DNA of 63,951 nt, filler included, from Octopus bimaculoides (taxonomy: Eukaryota), in assembly GCF_001194135.2 (NCBI RefSeq). It is 9 parts of 8 records of this genome, joined end to end, with 100 filler letters (N's around TTAATTAATTAA, not from the genome) between each part and the next. Parts side by side here need not be neighbours in the genome. Positions count along the whole stretch, not along the records: positions 12,733 to 34,413 come from NC_068982.1; positions 34,514 to 44,546 come from NC_068981.1; 7 more parts are not named here. One strand, written 5' to 3'. The first letter of the stretch is position 1. The number at the start of each line of letters is the position of its first letter. The notes under the pieces are model-generated. The model searched no databases. It worked only from the letters and a program-made list of their open reading frames with translations, and was not told the DNA's origin. A program made the translations under genes and the position numbers. Positions 30,405-41,414 of this stretch are shown in pieces.

Positions 30405-30775
30405 ATAACCGTCGGTTACGATGACGAAAGTTCCAGTTGATCAGATCAACGGAACAGCCTGCTCGTGAAATTAACGTGCAAGTGTCTGAGCATTCCACAG
30501 AAACGTGTACACTTAACGTGGTTCTCGGGGAGATTCAGCGTGACACAGAGTGTGACAAGGCTGGCCCTTTGAAATACAGGTACAACAGAAACAGGAAGAA
30601 AGAGTGAGAGAAAGTTGTGGTGAAAGAGTACAGCAGGGTTCGCCGCTATCCCCTGCCGGAGCCTCGTGGAGATTTAGGTGTTTTCGCTCAATAAACACTC
30701 CCGGTCTGGGAATTGAAATCGCGATCCTAGGACCACGTGACAGCTGCCCTAACCAGTGGGCCATTGCGCCTCCAC
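30405..30775 (-). mobile_element. tRNA-derived SINE family C1, full length
   Basis: The reverse strand has the head GGAGGCGCAATGGCCCACTGGTTAGGGCAGC..CGATTTCAATTCCC and the tail CACGAGCAGGCTGTTCCGTTGATCTGATCAACTGGAAC..GTAACCGACGG. Confidence 0.88.
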
Positions 30776-30806
30776 CCTATAATAACCACAGCTACTGCTG
30801 CTGCTG

Positions 30807-30867
<61 letters not shown>

Positions 30868-32269
30868 AAGAAATAGTTCTAACACTTTTAATATTTTGTG
30901 GGTGGGTGTGAGTGCCATCGGTTATATTAATCCCTATACCCCACGCGTATATATTTAATCGATATCGTGAGTGATGAAAGATAAATTTAACCCAGGTCTG
31001 TGTGAACGCAATATAAAGAAATATAACTACCGAAATTCTTCCTGTTGTTGCTGTTTTTAACAAGAACAATGATTCCTGCTCTTGAACATCAAAGACTGAA
31101 GACTGAGGAGAGTATAAATGCGAAATACAACGGAAAACTACAAACAAAAAATAGTGGATGATTTATAATAAATATAATATTGCCTTAAAGCGAGGATAAA
31201 TATATAGGTAGCAATAAATAACTATAACACTATAGGACAACAAATTACGAACAAGAATGGATCCTAAGATCGTTCTTTTCCTTTTATTCAAATATTCTTA
31301 TGTCCATCACAAAAAAGAGGTAGACACAGGGGGATTCATGGCACTCTGTATACAACCCCTAGATTATCCTGACACACAAAAGGCAAATAATTTCGCCCAT
31401 TTTGTATGTCGTCCAATTTCAATTGCGTCAATCAAGCAAATTATTTCGCCATGGCCAATATGCAGAAGACTAAAGAAATTCTTGCCAAATGAAGAGGGCG
31501 CGTCGAACTTCACGCTAGATTCAGTTGATAGTTAGATATGTCCTGCACTTGAAGTTGCCGCACATACTATACTATTCAATTTTCTTCCTTTTTTTTTAAT
31601 CATTAGGTAAATTTTCGTTCTATCAATTCTTGGTTTCGAGGCGACACTTTTATCACAGACTGTAAACATGATGGCAAAAGTACATTGGATCTGCATGTCG
31701 ATGCGCCTAGACACGCACACGCCTACCCCTCTCCCCCACTTATCTATCTAACTTTGTATATAGGTAGCTATTTTGATTTCTAACATTGCCTCATGTCCAC
31801 ACAATTTTGAACAGATTAGAATCCTTTATTTGACCAGTATCGAGTCCTCTTTATTTGACCAACTTCGGGAAGGATGAAACAAAAAATTGATCTCGGAGCG
31901 ATTTACATACTGAAAAACATTTTGGTTAACGCTCTAGGCATCTACCAACCCACAACGGTGGCAGTTACATGGACAACTGTAAAGGCTACTATACAATATC
32001 CTCCAAGTGTTTATCATGTATTTACAAAAAAAAAAAAAAAAAAAAGAAGAAAAGTGTCCTAAATTAGCTTTGCTACACAAAGGCAATGAATTATGATTCG
32101 TAAACCACTGCCATTCAATCTTTCTCTTGGTCATAGTATATTTTGGATTATATAATCTAGTGCATAATCTATTAAAACAGCGTCGTTTGAGAGCGATTTG
32201 ATTCCTTCTTTTCGTTTTTTAAGTATTCATGTAGTGACTCTGCCCCACTCCTTATTAACTCGACAAGAG

Positions 32270-32470
32270 TGAATGTTGTTGCTGTTGTTATCTTCGCAGG
32301 TCATCTCTGATCAAGCAGACTATGATCAAAATCATTCCAATCATGATAGCACCGTCATCTTCTGTGTAGAGTAACCAGTACCGCATTATACAACTTGCCA
32401 TTTTCCAACACGAAAATATATGATTTAAGAGGGAATTGGCTGCCATTTCTAACAAGCCAGAGAGAATTTA
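32270..32470 (+). repeat. Dispersed repeat family D copy
   Basis: TTGTTG..CAGGTCATCTCTGATCAAGCAGACTATGATCAAA..ATGATTTAAGAGGGAATTGGCTGCCATTTCTA. Related segments lie at 36720-36830, 37020-37120, 41165-41220 and 41620-41770 (reverse). Confidence 0.55.
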
Positions 32471-33215
32471 CTGCTATTTTTACGTCGCGTTGCAATTATA
32501 AGGCGAGCAAAATGTGTTGTGTACGATTGTTGTTTGTAGAATAGAATTGTTTTCTCGAGTATGTAAGTGTGTCGGTACGCATGTGTAGACGTGATAGTAT
32601 ATATGTGTGAACGATCGATAAATCTGATTTCTATTTATAGACAAAATACTTATTTAGGTGTTAATAAAACGTTTAGACATACTTAGACACACTATTATGT
32701 ATACTCATACATGTATACGTATTCATAATAGATGTGTATACACAGACATTTATATTGGCCCATGTATATATGTGTTGTGCGCGTGTGTGGGTGTGTGTAT
32801 ACTTACATACAAAAATAATTACGTATATATAAACACATACAAGCATACATTCATACAGACTAAGATAAATACATGACGAGGTAAATAGATTGAATCTATA
32901 TGCTCACATAAACACATGCACTCAAAATAATCACATATGTACAGTGCATAGAGGTATGACGACATGAGCATGTTGTAGTTGATAAAAAATGGTTTACGTT
33001 TCCCAAACCTTATCGGAGGTGAGTTACAGCATGTTATAATACGATGTATGATTAACATTATCATAGTAATCTCTGTTCTACTTTCATTGTAATGTGCACT
33101 GATATCAGCATTTCTTGTTATTCTGTTTGTATATACATAATGCATGCGCACGTTCACACACAAACACCCACATATCGCAGAAACTCACTCACTCATTCAT
33201 ATGCGTGCGCGTGCA

Positions 33216-33289
<74 letters not shown>

Positions 33290-33602
33290 CACGCGCGCAC
33301 ACACTTTGAATATGCAAATCAGGAAGAAACACAGACAAAGTATGCAGTAGAATTTATTTAATTACTTGAATGTCAGCCCTCACTCTATTGCAATTAAGAG
33401 TTTCCAACTTCTGTACTTCGCGACAACTAAGCTTAGATATTCACACTGAAGGTAACACGATGTGATGAGGGATTAAGACAGGGTAGCAAGGGACCGATGT
33501 TTCACTTTCGAATATATTAATATATAAGAAAAATGTGGCACGTATGGCTAACAAAATCTCTCTCTCTCTCTCTGTATATATAGATATATATATATATTGA
33601 TC

Positions 33603-33682
<80 letters not shown>

Positions 33683-33691
33683 CAGACAGAC

Positions 33692-33727
<36 letters not shown>

Positions 33728-34021
33728 GGACAGATAGATGTGTATGTTGTGTATGTGACTATGTTTGTGATGTTGTTTGTCCTCCCACCACCAATTAACA
33801 AACGGTGTTGTTCACGTTCCTGTAATTTAGCTGCTCGGTAAAAAACAAAAAAAAAAAAANNNNNNNNNNAAAAAAAAAAAAAAAAAAAACAATACGCGAT
33901 AGAATAATTAACAGACATTAAAAATAAGTACTAGAGGCGATTTTTACGTCTAAACCATTCAAGGTTATGCCCCAGCATTGCTGTTGCAGTCCAGTGACTG
34001 AAACAAGTGTTAGCTAAAATT

Positions 34022-34061
<40 letters not shown>

Positions 34062-34071
34062 NNNNNNNNNN

Positions 34072-34105
<34 letters not shown>

Positions 34106-34107
<2 letters not shown>

Positions 34108-34381
34108 TATCGTTTTATTTATGGATCCTCTGTATATATCAAGAATTTTCCTCCGTCTATCTGTTTTTTCTCTCTACAAATCGGAATGTTACATTATGGA
34201 ACAGTCATTTTAACGAGTTTTTTAAAATTTATTTATCACCTGACGAGATATGTCTGCACCACCGGATACTCCTGTACCAGTTTATGTGTGCCCCACAAGA
34301 GGAGTCGATGCTAGATATGTCGAAACAATTGTTGTGATTAATAATATATTCTCGTATATTCCATCTTCTGCGCTTCATTTG

Positions 34382-34384
<3 letters not shown>
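34106..34384 (+). mobile_element. Solo ~280-bp Penelope pLTR/retrozyme-like cassette between (TA)n tracts
   Basis: Contains an intact-looking hammerhead, has no coding capacity, and has TA microsatellites on both sides. Confidence 0.55.
34235..34338 (+). ncRNA. Type I hammerhead ribozyme, core intact
   Basis: ATCAC-CTGACGA-GATATGTCTG...(54-nt loop with inner ACTCCT/AGGAGT stem)...CTAGATATGTC-GAAA-CAATTG-TT-GTGAT. Helix I is ATCAC/GTGAT, helix II is closed by G-C, helix III is the palindrome ACAATTGT, and the cleavage triplet is GUU. Confidence 0.85.
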
Positions 34385-34413
<29 letters not shown>

Positions 34414-34513
34414 NNNNNNNNNNNNNNNNNNNNNNNNNNNNNNNNNNNNNNNNNNNNTTAATTAATTAANNNNNNNNNNNNNNNNNNNNNNNNNNNNNNN
34501 NNNNNNNNNNNNN

Positions 34514-34735
34514 GCTACTTTTAACTAATTTTCCTCTTTTCAGGGTTGCTTTGGCACATTTTTCTAATCCGAATTTCATATCTATTTCCTTGTTAAAGTC
34601 GTGTACTGTCTGTAGTAGTGTTTCTAGCTCTTTGTCATTTTTTGCATATAATTTTAGGTCATCCATATATAAAAGGTGGCTGACTGTTTTTCCGTAGCAT
34701 TTGTAACCGCATCCAGTTCTATTTAGCAATTCTAT
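34514..34735 (-). mobile_element. R4/Dong-like non-LTR RT fragment
   Basis: LLNRTGCGYKCYGKTVSHLLYMDDLKLYAKNDKELETLLQTVHDFNKEIDMKFGLEKCAK, containing the catalytic YMDD. Truncated by an assembly gap. Confidence 0.88.
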
Positions 34736-34769
34736 TTATATCATCATCATCATCATCATCATCATCATT

Positions 34770-35050
34770 AGGCGGCGAGCTGGCAGAATCGTTAGCACGT
34801 TAGTGATATTTCGCCCGTCGCTACTATTATTATTATTATTAAGGCGGCGAGCTGGAAGAATCGTTAGCACGCCGGATGAAATGCTTAGCGGTATTTCGCC
34901 CGTCGCTACGTTTTGAGTTCAAATACCGCCGAGGTTGACCTAGTCTTCCATCCTTTCGGGATCGATAAATTACCAGTGAAACACTGGGGTCGATGTAATC
35001 GACTAGTCTCCTTCCTCAATTTCAGGACTTGTGCTTTCAGTAGCAAGGAT
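34770..35050 (+). mobile_element. SINE family A: truncated head followed by a full copy
   Basis: GGCGGCGAGCTGG(C/A)AGAATCGTTAGCACG occurs at 34770 and 34842. The second copy continues through the central domain. Confidence 0.85.
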
Positions 35051-35149
35051 TAATTTTATATGGCGGTATCAACGCCCTTTGCTGTCCTTCCGAGACCTGT
35101 GAGATGGACATGGTTAACGATACTCTAGAACATTTGTCAGTTAGCAGCT

Positions 35150-35989
35150 ACAGGAAAGATATTTGCTAGGATAGAATTCCAGAGGTTAGACATTCAGAGA
35201 TGGAAAAATTAGTGACAGGGATTAGTACGTGGCTTGGGTGTGAGTGAGACACAATATGAGTGACAAGACAGGAGAGATGAAATAGTTGGTTGAGCCTTAG
35301 TGGAGGTGGCACAAAATCGACCAACTCCGAAGACCAGAGGCCGATGTAGTAGCTGTTGAAAAGGCAGAGATGGGACACACAGTACGTCTGTGGGTCAGAC
35401 ACTGGGGTGTGTTGATTAAATTCTTGCCAGTCAATCAAGTAGCCTTTCTTTACATACAGTCTAAGATCTCTATGTATGTAACAGTTACACCAATGCAGGG
35501 GAAGTACACTCCATTGTGAGTCTCGCATTTTCTTTGCAAAGAGTAAACAGATTTTGTGAACTGTTGTATTTTCTGACTCGCAAGAGGAAGGCCAAGCTTA
35601 ATGTTGTCATGGAGGAACAGAATATCATAGAATTTAGAGAGGAAGAAAATGTATGTTAGACCATATGTATATATGAGAGGATGGGTGTACCAGATCAAGT
35701 GCGTGAGGTTTGATAAGAGAGATGATAGACAAATGGTAGTCGGGGATAGGAAGTGTGAGCTGTCGAGAAAAAAAAACACATATATAATCGCCGCATCTGA
35801 ATTACATAGAAATGTCTGCAAAGATACAATTACTCTCTTGTTAGATTCAGCTTGAGTGAAGTACTGATGGCAATACTACTTGAAAAACAAGTGATTACAG
35901 CATGGGATCTCCAAGAGATAGAAGTGTCAAAAAACAAGAACAAAAACAAACATAGTCTGTTCATTGACGGTCGTCTGTGTGACTCAAAG
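35150..35989 (+). pseudogene. Highly degraded LINE-like (possibly L1/Tx1) coding relic
   Basis: Non-repetitive purine-rich stretch with only weak resemblance, e.g. QVITAWDLQEI..KNK..IDG to the ITxxE..KSPGxDG region. Many stops. Confidence 0.2.
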
Positions 35990-36849
35990 NNNNNNNNNNN
36001 NNNNNNNNNNNNNNNNNNNNNNNNNNNNNNNNNNNNNNNNNNNNNNNNNNNNNNNNNNNNNNNNNNNNNNNNNNNNNNNNNNNNNNNNNNNNNNNNNNNN
36101 NNNNNNNNNNNNNNNNNNNNNNNNNNNNNNNNNNNNNNNNNNNNNNNNNNNNNNNNNNNNNNNNNNNNNNNNNNNNNNNNNNNNNNNNNNNNNNNNNNNN
36201 NNNNNNNNNNNNNNNNNNNNNNNNNNNNNNNNNNNNNNNNNNNNNNNNNNNNNNNNNNNNNNNNNNNNNNNNNNNNNNNNNNNNNNNNNNNNNNNNNNNN
36301 NNNNNNNNNNNNNNNNNNNNNNNNNNNNNNNNNNNNNNNNNNNNNNNNNNNNNNNNNNNNNNNNNNNNNNNNNNNNNNNNNNNNNNNNNNNNNNNNNNNN
36401 NNNNNNNNNNNNNNNNNNNNNNNNNNNNNNNNNNNNNNNNNNNNAGAGAGAGAGAGAGAGAGAGAATCTCATGATCAGAAACTGATGAACTTTATGATAT
36501 TCAAACAAAAGGGTAAAAAAAAAGGAAGAAGGGAGGATTCAAGGAGTCAAAGACCTGAAGGACATAAAATGTTCGTTCAAAAGAACACAGCATGAAGTGG
36601 CATGCTATATGCTCATTAAAGAGTATAAATGGTTAGGAACTGCATGAAGTCGAGAATCGGGGAAAGAATATTGGTCTATTAAACAGGCGATATTATTCTC
36701 AGCATCACAGAAGTGATTGCTGTTGCTTGTTGTTTAATCCCAGGTTAAACTTGATTTAGAAGATGTTTGACCAGGGACTTTCACACCTCGACCCTCTTGT
36801 GATTTTACGTGGCATTTAGAATTGCTTTATCTAATGTATCCATTCTGGC

Positions 36850-37005
36850 TCTTAAGTTTGTGAGTTCAAATTCCGCCGAAGTCGTCTTTGCGTTTCATTC
36901 TTTTCGTGGTCGATAGAATAAGTGCCAGTTGATCACTGGGGGTCGATATAACTGACTTGCCCTCTCTCCAAAATCGCTGGCCTTGTGCCATAATTAGAAA
37001 CCATT
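36850..37005 (+). mobile_element. SINE family A, 5'-truncated
   Basis: GAGTTCAAATTCCGCCGAAGTCG..CGTTTCATTC..GGTCGATAGAATAAGTGCCAG. Confidence 0.8.
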
Positions 37006-37914
37006 ATCTATTGTATCCTTCCCTCCGCTTTTTTAAAACGGTGGGATACGATTTGAGGGGAATTTAAATACTATTTCCAGTTGATTGAATGCCTGTAGGG
37101 GCCCACTCGTTATTGGAGAAGTGGTTCTTGTTTTATAAACCCAGGCCAGTTCTGGTAAAATAACCCTATAAGTACGTTTGAAGTCGACCAAACATTTTCC
37201 TCATTACATGTATCCATCAAATTGGGGTCCATACATATGATCCAACATGCATTGGTGATACACACATGGTGCAATGAAACAATCTGAACATGCTACACAC
37301 TCTTCACTCTCCAGCCTAATTATATATACACATGGAGTCTGATGGTGACTATAGAAGTGATAGGCAAGGTGAACTTGGTTAACTCAAGACAGTTCCTGTT
37401 TCTCTACCGTATATATACTTAACGATAAAGTGAGAAGGGAAGAAAGATCTTATGTTCTTTCACAGGGTGTGTGAGACGAGTGGAAAAGAAGAAGGAGCCT
37501 TTTAAACGAGAATCTTGTTTAAATGTTTTCAACAAAGTGGACTTTATTAAAGGTCCTAGAGGTACCAGATAGTGTTGTTAAACTAAGCAATAAATTAACT
37601 CTACCACATATGGAGACTTCAGTGGGATTTGAACCCAGAGCGTAAACAAACGGAACATCGCGCAAAGCCTCTTGTATAACGTTTTTACAGTTTCACCCAT
37701 TCACCGCGCTGGGCTGGTATTTTTTTTTTATCACTCTGAAAGCATTGACCTCAACGAGATTTGAAATCAGATCGCAGTGTATCAGAACAAATACCGCGTT
37801 ATATTCTGTCCGGCACTCGAAAGACTCTTCCAATTCACCGCCGTCATATTGTTGGCGGTGTACATCGCAGGACAGTGCTTGGAGCCCAGTGAAGTTATTG
37901 ATATTACACCTATA

Positions 37915-38235
37915 CGCGTGGCTTGGTGGTTAGGGTATTCGTCTCACGGTGTAAGGTCATAAGTTCGATTTCTGGCAGCGCGTTATGTCTTATGTCCTTG
38001 AGGAATACACCTTATTTCACGATGCTCCAGTCCCTCAGCTGGCAAAACTGAGTTGTATCTGTAAGTCAAAGGGCTAGCCTTGTCTCATTCTGTGTCACGT
38101 TAAATCTTCCTGAGAACTACAAGAAGACTATGCGTGTTTGTGGAGTGCTCAGCCACTTGCACGTTAATTTCACGAGCAGGCTGTTCCGTTGATCGGATCA
38201 ACTGGAACCCTCGACGTTGTAACCGACGGAGTGCC
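37915..38235 (+). mobile_element. tRNA-derived SINE family C2 (CORE-like body, same 3' half as C1)
   Basis: Head GCGTGGCTTGGTGGTTAGGG..AAGTTCGATTTC, body GTCCTTGAGGAATACACC..GCTCCAGTCCCTCAGCTGGCAAAA, tail nearly identical to the reverse complement of 30405-30580. Confidence 0.85.
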
Positions 38236-38719
38236 GGTGTATGGGTGATAGCTAAGATTTTGCTTATGGTACGTTGTTGATGTATTTCTCTGGGTCACTG
38301 TACCTGTCTCTGTTTTAGAATGATTTTTGTTCGTGAAAATGACAAGGACGGTGAACGCTTAAATTTTCTGCAGCAACAAACTGTGCACTTCGCATATTCA
38401 ATAGGTCTTTTAGTTTTAGTAATTTTGTTTCGTTGCATTGTTGTTCTGTGGGTGTGATCTATGTACAACCAGTTATGATACGTAATATGCTGTTTTGTGT
38501 CCTTTATTTTTCATTGTAGGTTGTTGTGCAGTGACTTGCAGAACTAGAATAGGCTTTGATGGATCTGATAGTATACTATCAGTTTTTGTTCCTTTCTGTT
38601 GGTGAAATATGTACGTGTGGTTACCCTAAACATAGTGTGTGCATTGTTTTGTTTTATTTCTGTTTATTTACCGACCTCTACGTGTATTGTTGAAATCGTG
38701 GAGCTGTATGTAACTTCTA

Positions 38720-39240
38720 TTTTGTCTTCTCTCTCTCTCTCTCTAATTCACACACACATACTCGCATACACACGCACTCTCTCTCTCTCCCACGCGCTCA
38801 CACACACACACGCATTCTCTCTCTCTCTTTCACACACACATGCTCTCTCTCTCTCACACACGCTCTCACACATACGCTCTTTCTCTCACACACACGCTCT
38901 TTCTCTCACACACACGCTCTTTCTTTCACACACACGCGCTCACATACACACGCGCTCACATACACACGCGCTCACACACACACACACGCACTCTCTCTCT
39001 CTCTTTCACACACACATGCTCTCTCTCTCACATACGTGCTCACACACACGCACACACACACTCTTAATCTCTCTCTCACGCACACACGCTCACATGCTCT
39101 CTCTCTTACATACGCTCACTCTCTCTCTCGCACGCTCTCTCTCTCTATCTCATACACACACTCTCTCTCATACACGCGCTCTCTCACACAAGTATGTGTG
39201 TGTGTGTGAATGTGTGTGCGTGCGCGCGTGCATGTGTGTA
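38720..39240. repeat. Compound CT/CA/CG microsatellite array
   Basis: Alternating (CT)n and (CA)n blocks over about 500 bp. Confidence 0.9.
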
Positions 39241-39506
39241 GTATGTATATGTTTATGTCGTTGAGTATTGTTTGATGGTTGCTTGTTTTTTGATATTCAC
39301 TGGTGTTGTTGCTACAAAAGAAAACTGGAATTCATCGTTGGAGGGAAATCTAATTCAGTGGAAAAAGAACGAGTGGTAAACAGATGGAAGGAAATCTAGT
39401 GAAATCCCACAAAAGAAACATCAAAGCAGTTTAGAAGAATTAAAGCATCAAACTGTATAACATAAACAGTGAAGTCTTTGTTTCGTTTTTGTATTTGTCT
39501 TCCAAG

Positions 39507-39616
39507 ATTCTTGATATGAATTCATGTGTTGAAACAAATTTTGATGTATCTCAGGAGGATCAGAAATTCAGAAACGAATTACAAAATATGTCGCAGGATC
39601 CTCGCAGTATATTGAT
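39507..39616 (+). CDS. Possible isolated internal coding exon, unknown protein
   Basis: Acceptor TTTTGTATTTGTCTTCCAAG; open frame ILDMNSCVETNFDVSQEDQKFRNELQNMSQDPRSIL; donor AT|GTATTA. Confidence 0.3.
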
Positions 39617-39669
39617 GTATTATTTAGATTTTATTATGTTCCTAACATAAGTTGTGTTGCTAATATTCA

Positions 39670-40170
39670 GTTCATATTTTGGCACAAAGCCATCAATTTT
39701 AAGAGAGGGCGTAAGTTGGTTACATCGACTCAAATGGTACTTATTTTATGGAGCCCGGAAAGATGAGAGGTATATTCGACCTTGGCGGAATTTGAAGTCA
39801 GAACGTAAAGACGGATGAAATGCCGCTAAGCATTTTGCCCAGCGTGTTATGTGTTGCTAATATTGGCACTAATGTCAGGTTAGATATCATGTGTAGACGT
39901 ACAAATTATGTCCATATCAAAGAATGATTTCTGAAATTGGCACAAAGCCACAAATTTAATGGAAAGGAAACTAATTAATTTTATCTTATTTGACAGGTAC
40001 TTTGTCTTATAGATTTTTGAAGGGTGAAAAGAAGGGTGACAGGTACTTTATTTTATCGAATCTTGGAGCGTGTAAAAGGTGACCTTAATAGAATTTGAAA
40101 TCAGAACGTAAAATGCCATAATATAAACCACAAAATAGTTTGTCCAACGCTGTAATGATTCTTCTAGTCC
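39670..40170 (-). mobile_element. Two degraded SINE family A copies
   Basis: TCGACCTTGGCGGAATTTGAAGTCAGAACGTAAAGACGGATGAAATGCCGCTAAGCATTTTGCCC (39775-39840) and a similar copy at 40050-40160. Confidence 0.75.
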
Positions 40171-40184
40171 ACTACTCTAAGAAT

Positions 40185-40675
40185 GGCAACCCCTTCACAA
40201 ATATAAGGACACAGGAAATGTGTCAAGGCCAACAAGAAGCGGTCCAACTTCCTAGGGCTAAATAACAGCAGTATGATTTCCTTAATGGGTCTGTCACATT
40301 AAGTTGACATTAAACAAATGCTTTATCGTAACACTGCTGCTTATGCCTCTCTGTGAGATTTATAATTAGATCATTTCTAATTTTGTAACCAGTGAATGTG
40401 ATTTTACTGAAAATATATATATTTGTGAAGGCTAGACAGGCTTTTTGAAGCAGCTGGTCGGCTACTTCAGGCTGATGACTAGCAATGACTCGGAAACACA
40501 TCTCTGAATGCAGACAAAAGCTGGGTGGGGAAGCTTGTCTTCCCTTCAATATAAGGACAGAGGAGATGTGTCAAGGCCAACAGGAAGCGGTCTAGCTTCC
40601 TAGGGCTAAATAGCAGCAGTATGATTCCATTAATGGGTCTGTCACATTAAGTTGACAGTAAACAACTGCTTTATA
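40185..40675 (+). repeat. Two direct copies (~135 bp) of a repeat that includes one arm of the 41252-41414 hairpin
   Basis: AATATAAGGACA..GTGTCAAGGCCAACA.GAAGCGGTC..CTTCCTAGGGCTAAATA.CAGCAGTATGATT..CTGTCACATTAAGTTGACA at ~40197-40325 and ~40548-40675. Confidence 0.85.
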
Positions 40676-41251
40676 TCATTCAGCTTAAGTTTAAAGGAGA
40701 AAAAATGAAGCGAGCGAAAGTCTGAACCATGCATCGTAATCTTGCAAATAAACGGAAAGTGCGCAAGGAAACACGAGACGAATACGTTTCATATCACATA
40801 TAATTTTTTCTGCTATATTCTACTCACAAAATGAGACCAATACAACATTGACATTACACATATGGTATCAGTGGGGAGACAATAAGTTTCTGATTATCTT
40901 GAGAGCCTTTGTTTCGTCGCTATACCTAAGTAGAATGCCTATCGAGAAGTGTTGTCAGAAATAGAAGCCATCTTGGTACTATTCAACTAGATTTCTGACT
41001 GTGATTAAATATTACCAAACGAAGTCATAAAATTCATTCTCCTAGTTTTTCTTACATACTGAGGTTACGCACCGGAGTTAGCACACAGGTATTTTAGCAA
41101 CATATCATGATATATATCTATATATATATATATGTCGAATAGAAGCCATGCTGATTCGCATATGACAGTTGTTCAGGCCCAGGTCAGCTATGATCGAACT
41201 GATTTTTGATCGGAATCTTTCCGGCCAAAAACAGACTAACTTTTCCCAAAG

Positions 41252-41414
41252 TGAAGTAGTTGTATGCTGCCAGCTTAATGTGACAGTCCCCTGAAGGGAA
41301 TAATACTACTGTTGGTTAGACCTAGGAAGCTGCACCGCTTCTAGGTCTAACCAACAGTAGTATTATTCCTTTCAGGGCACTGTCACATTAAGTTGACAGC
41401 ATACAACTACTTCA
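41252..41414. repeat. 163-bp near-perfect inverted repeat (hairpin, MITE-like)
   Basis: Arms 41252-41330 and 41337-41414 are reverse complements with about 4 substitutions and 1 indel. The loop is TGCACC. Confidence 0.95.

Noticed and set aside
40459-40512. TTCAGG-CTGATGA..GAAA..TC-TCTGAA hammerhead-like match
   Set aside because: Helix I pairs, but helix II does not form and helix III has a C-A mismatch. Likely chance.
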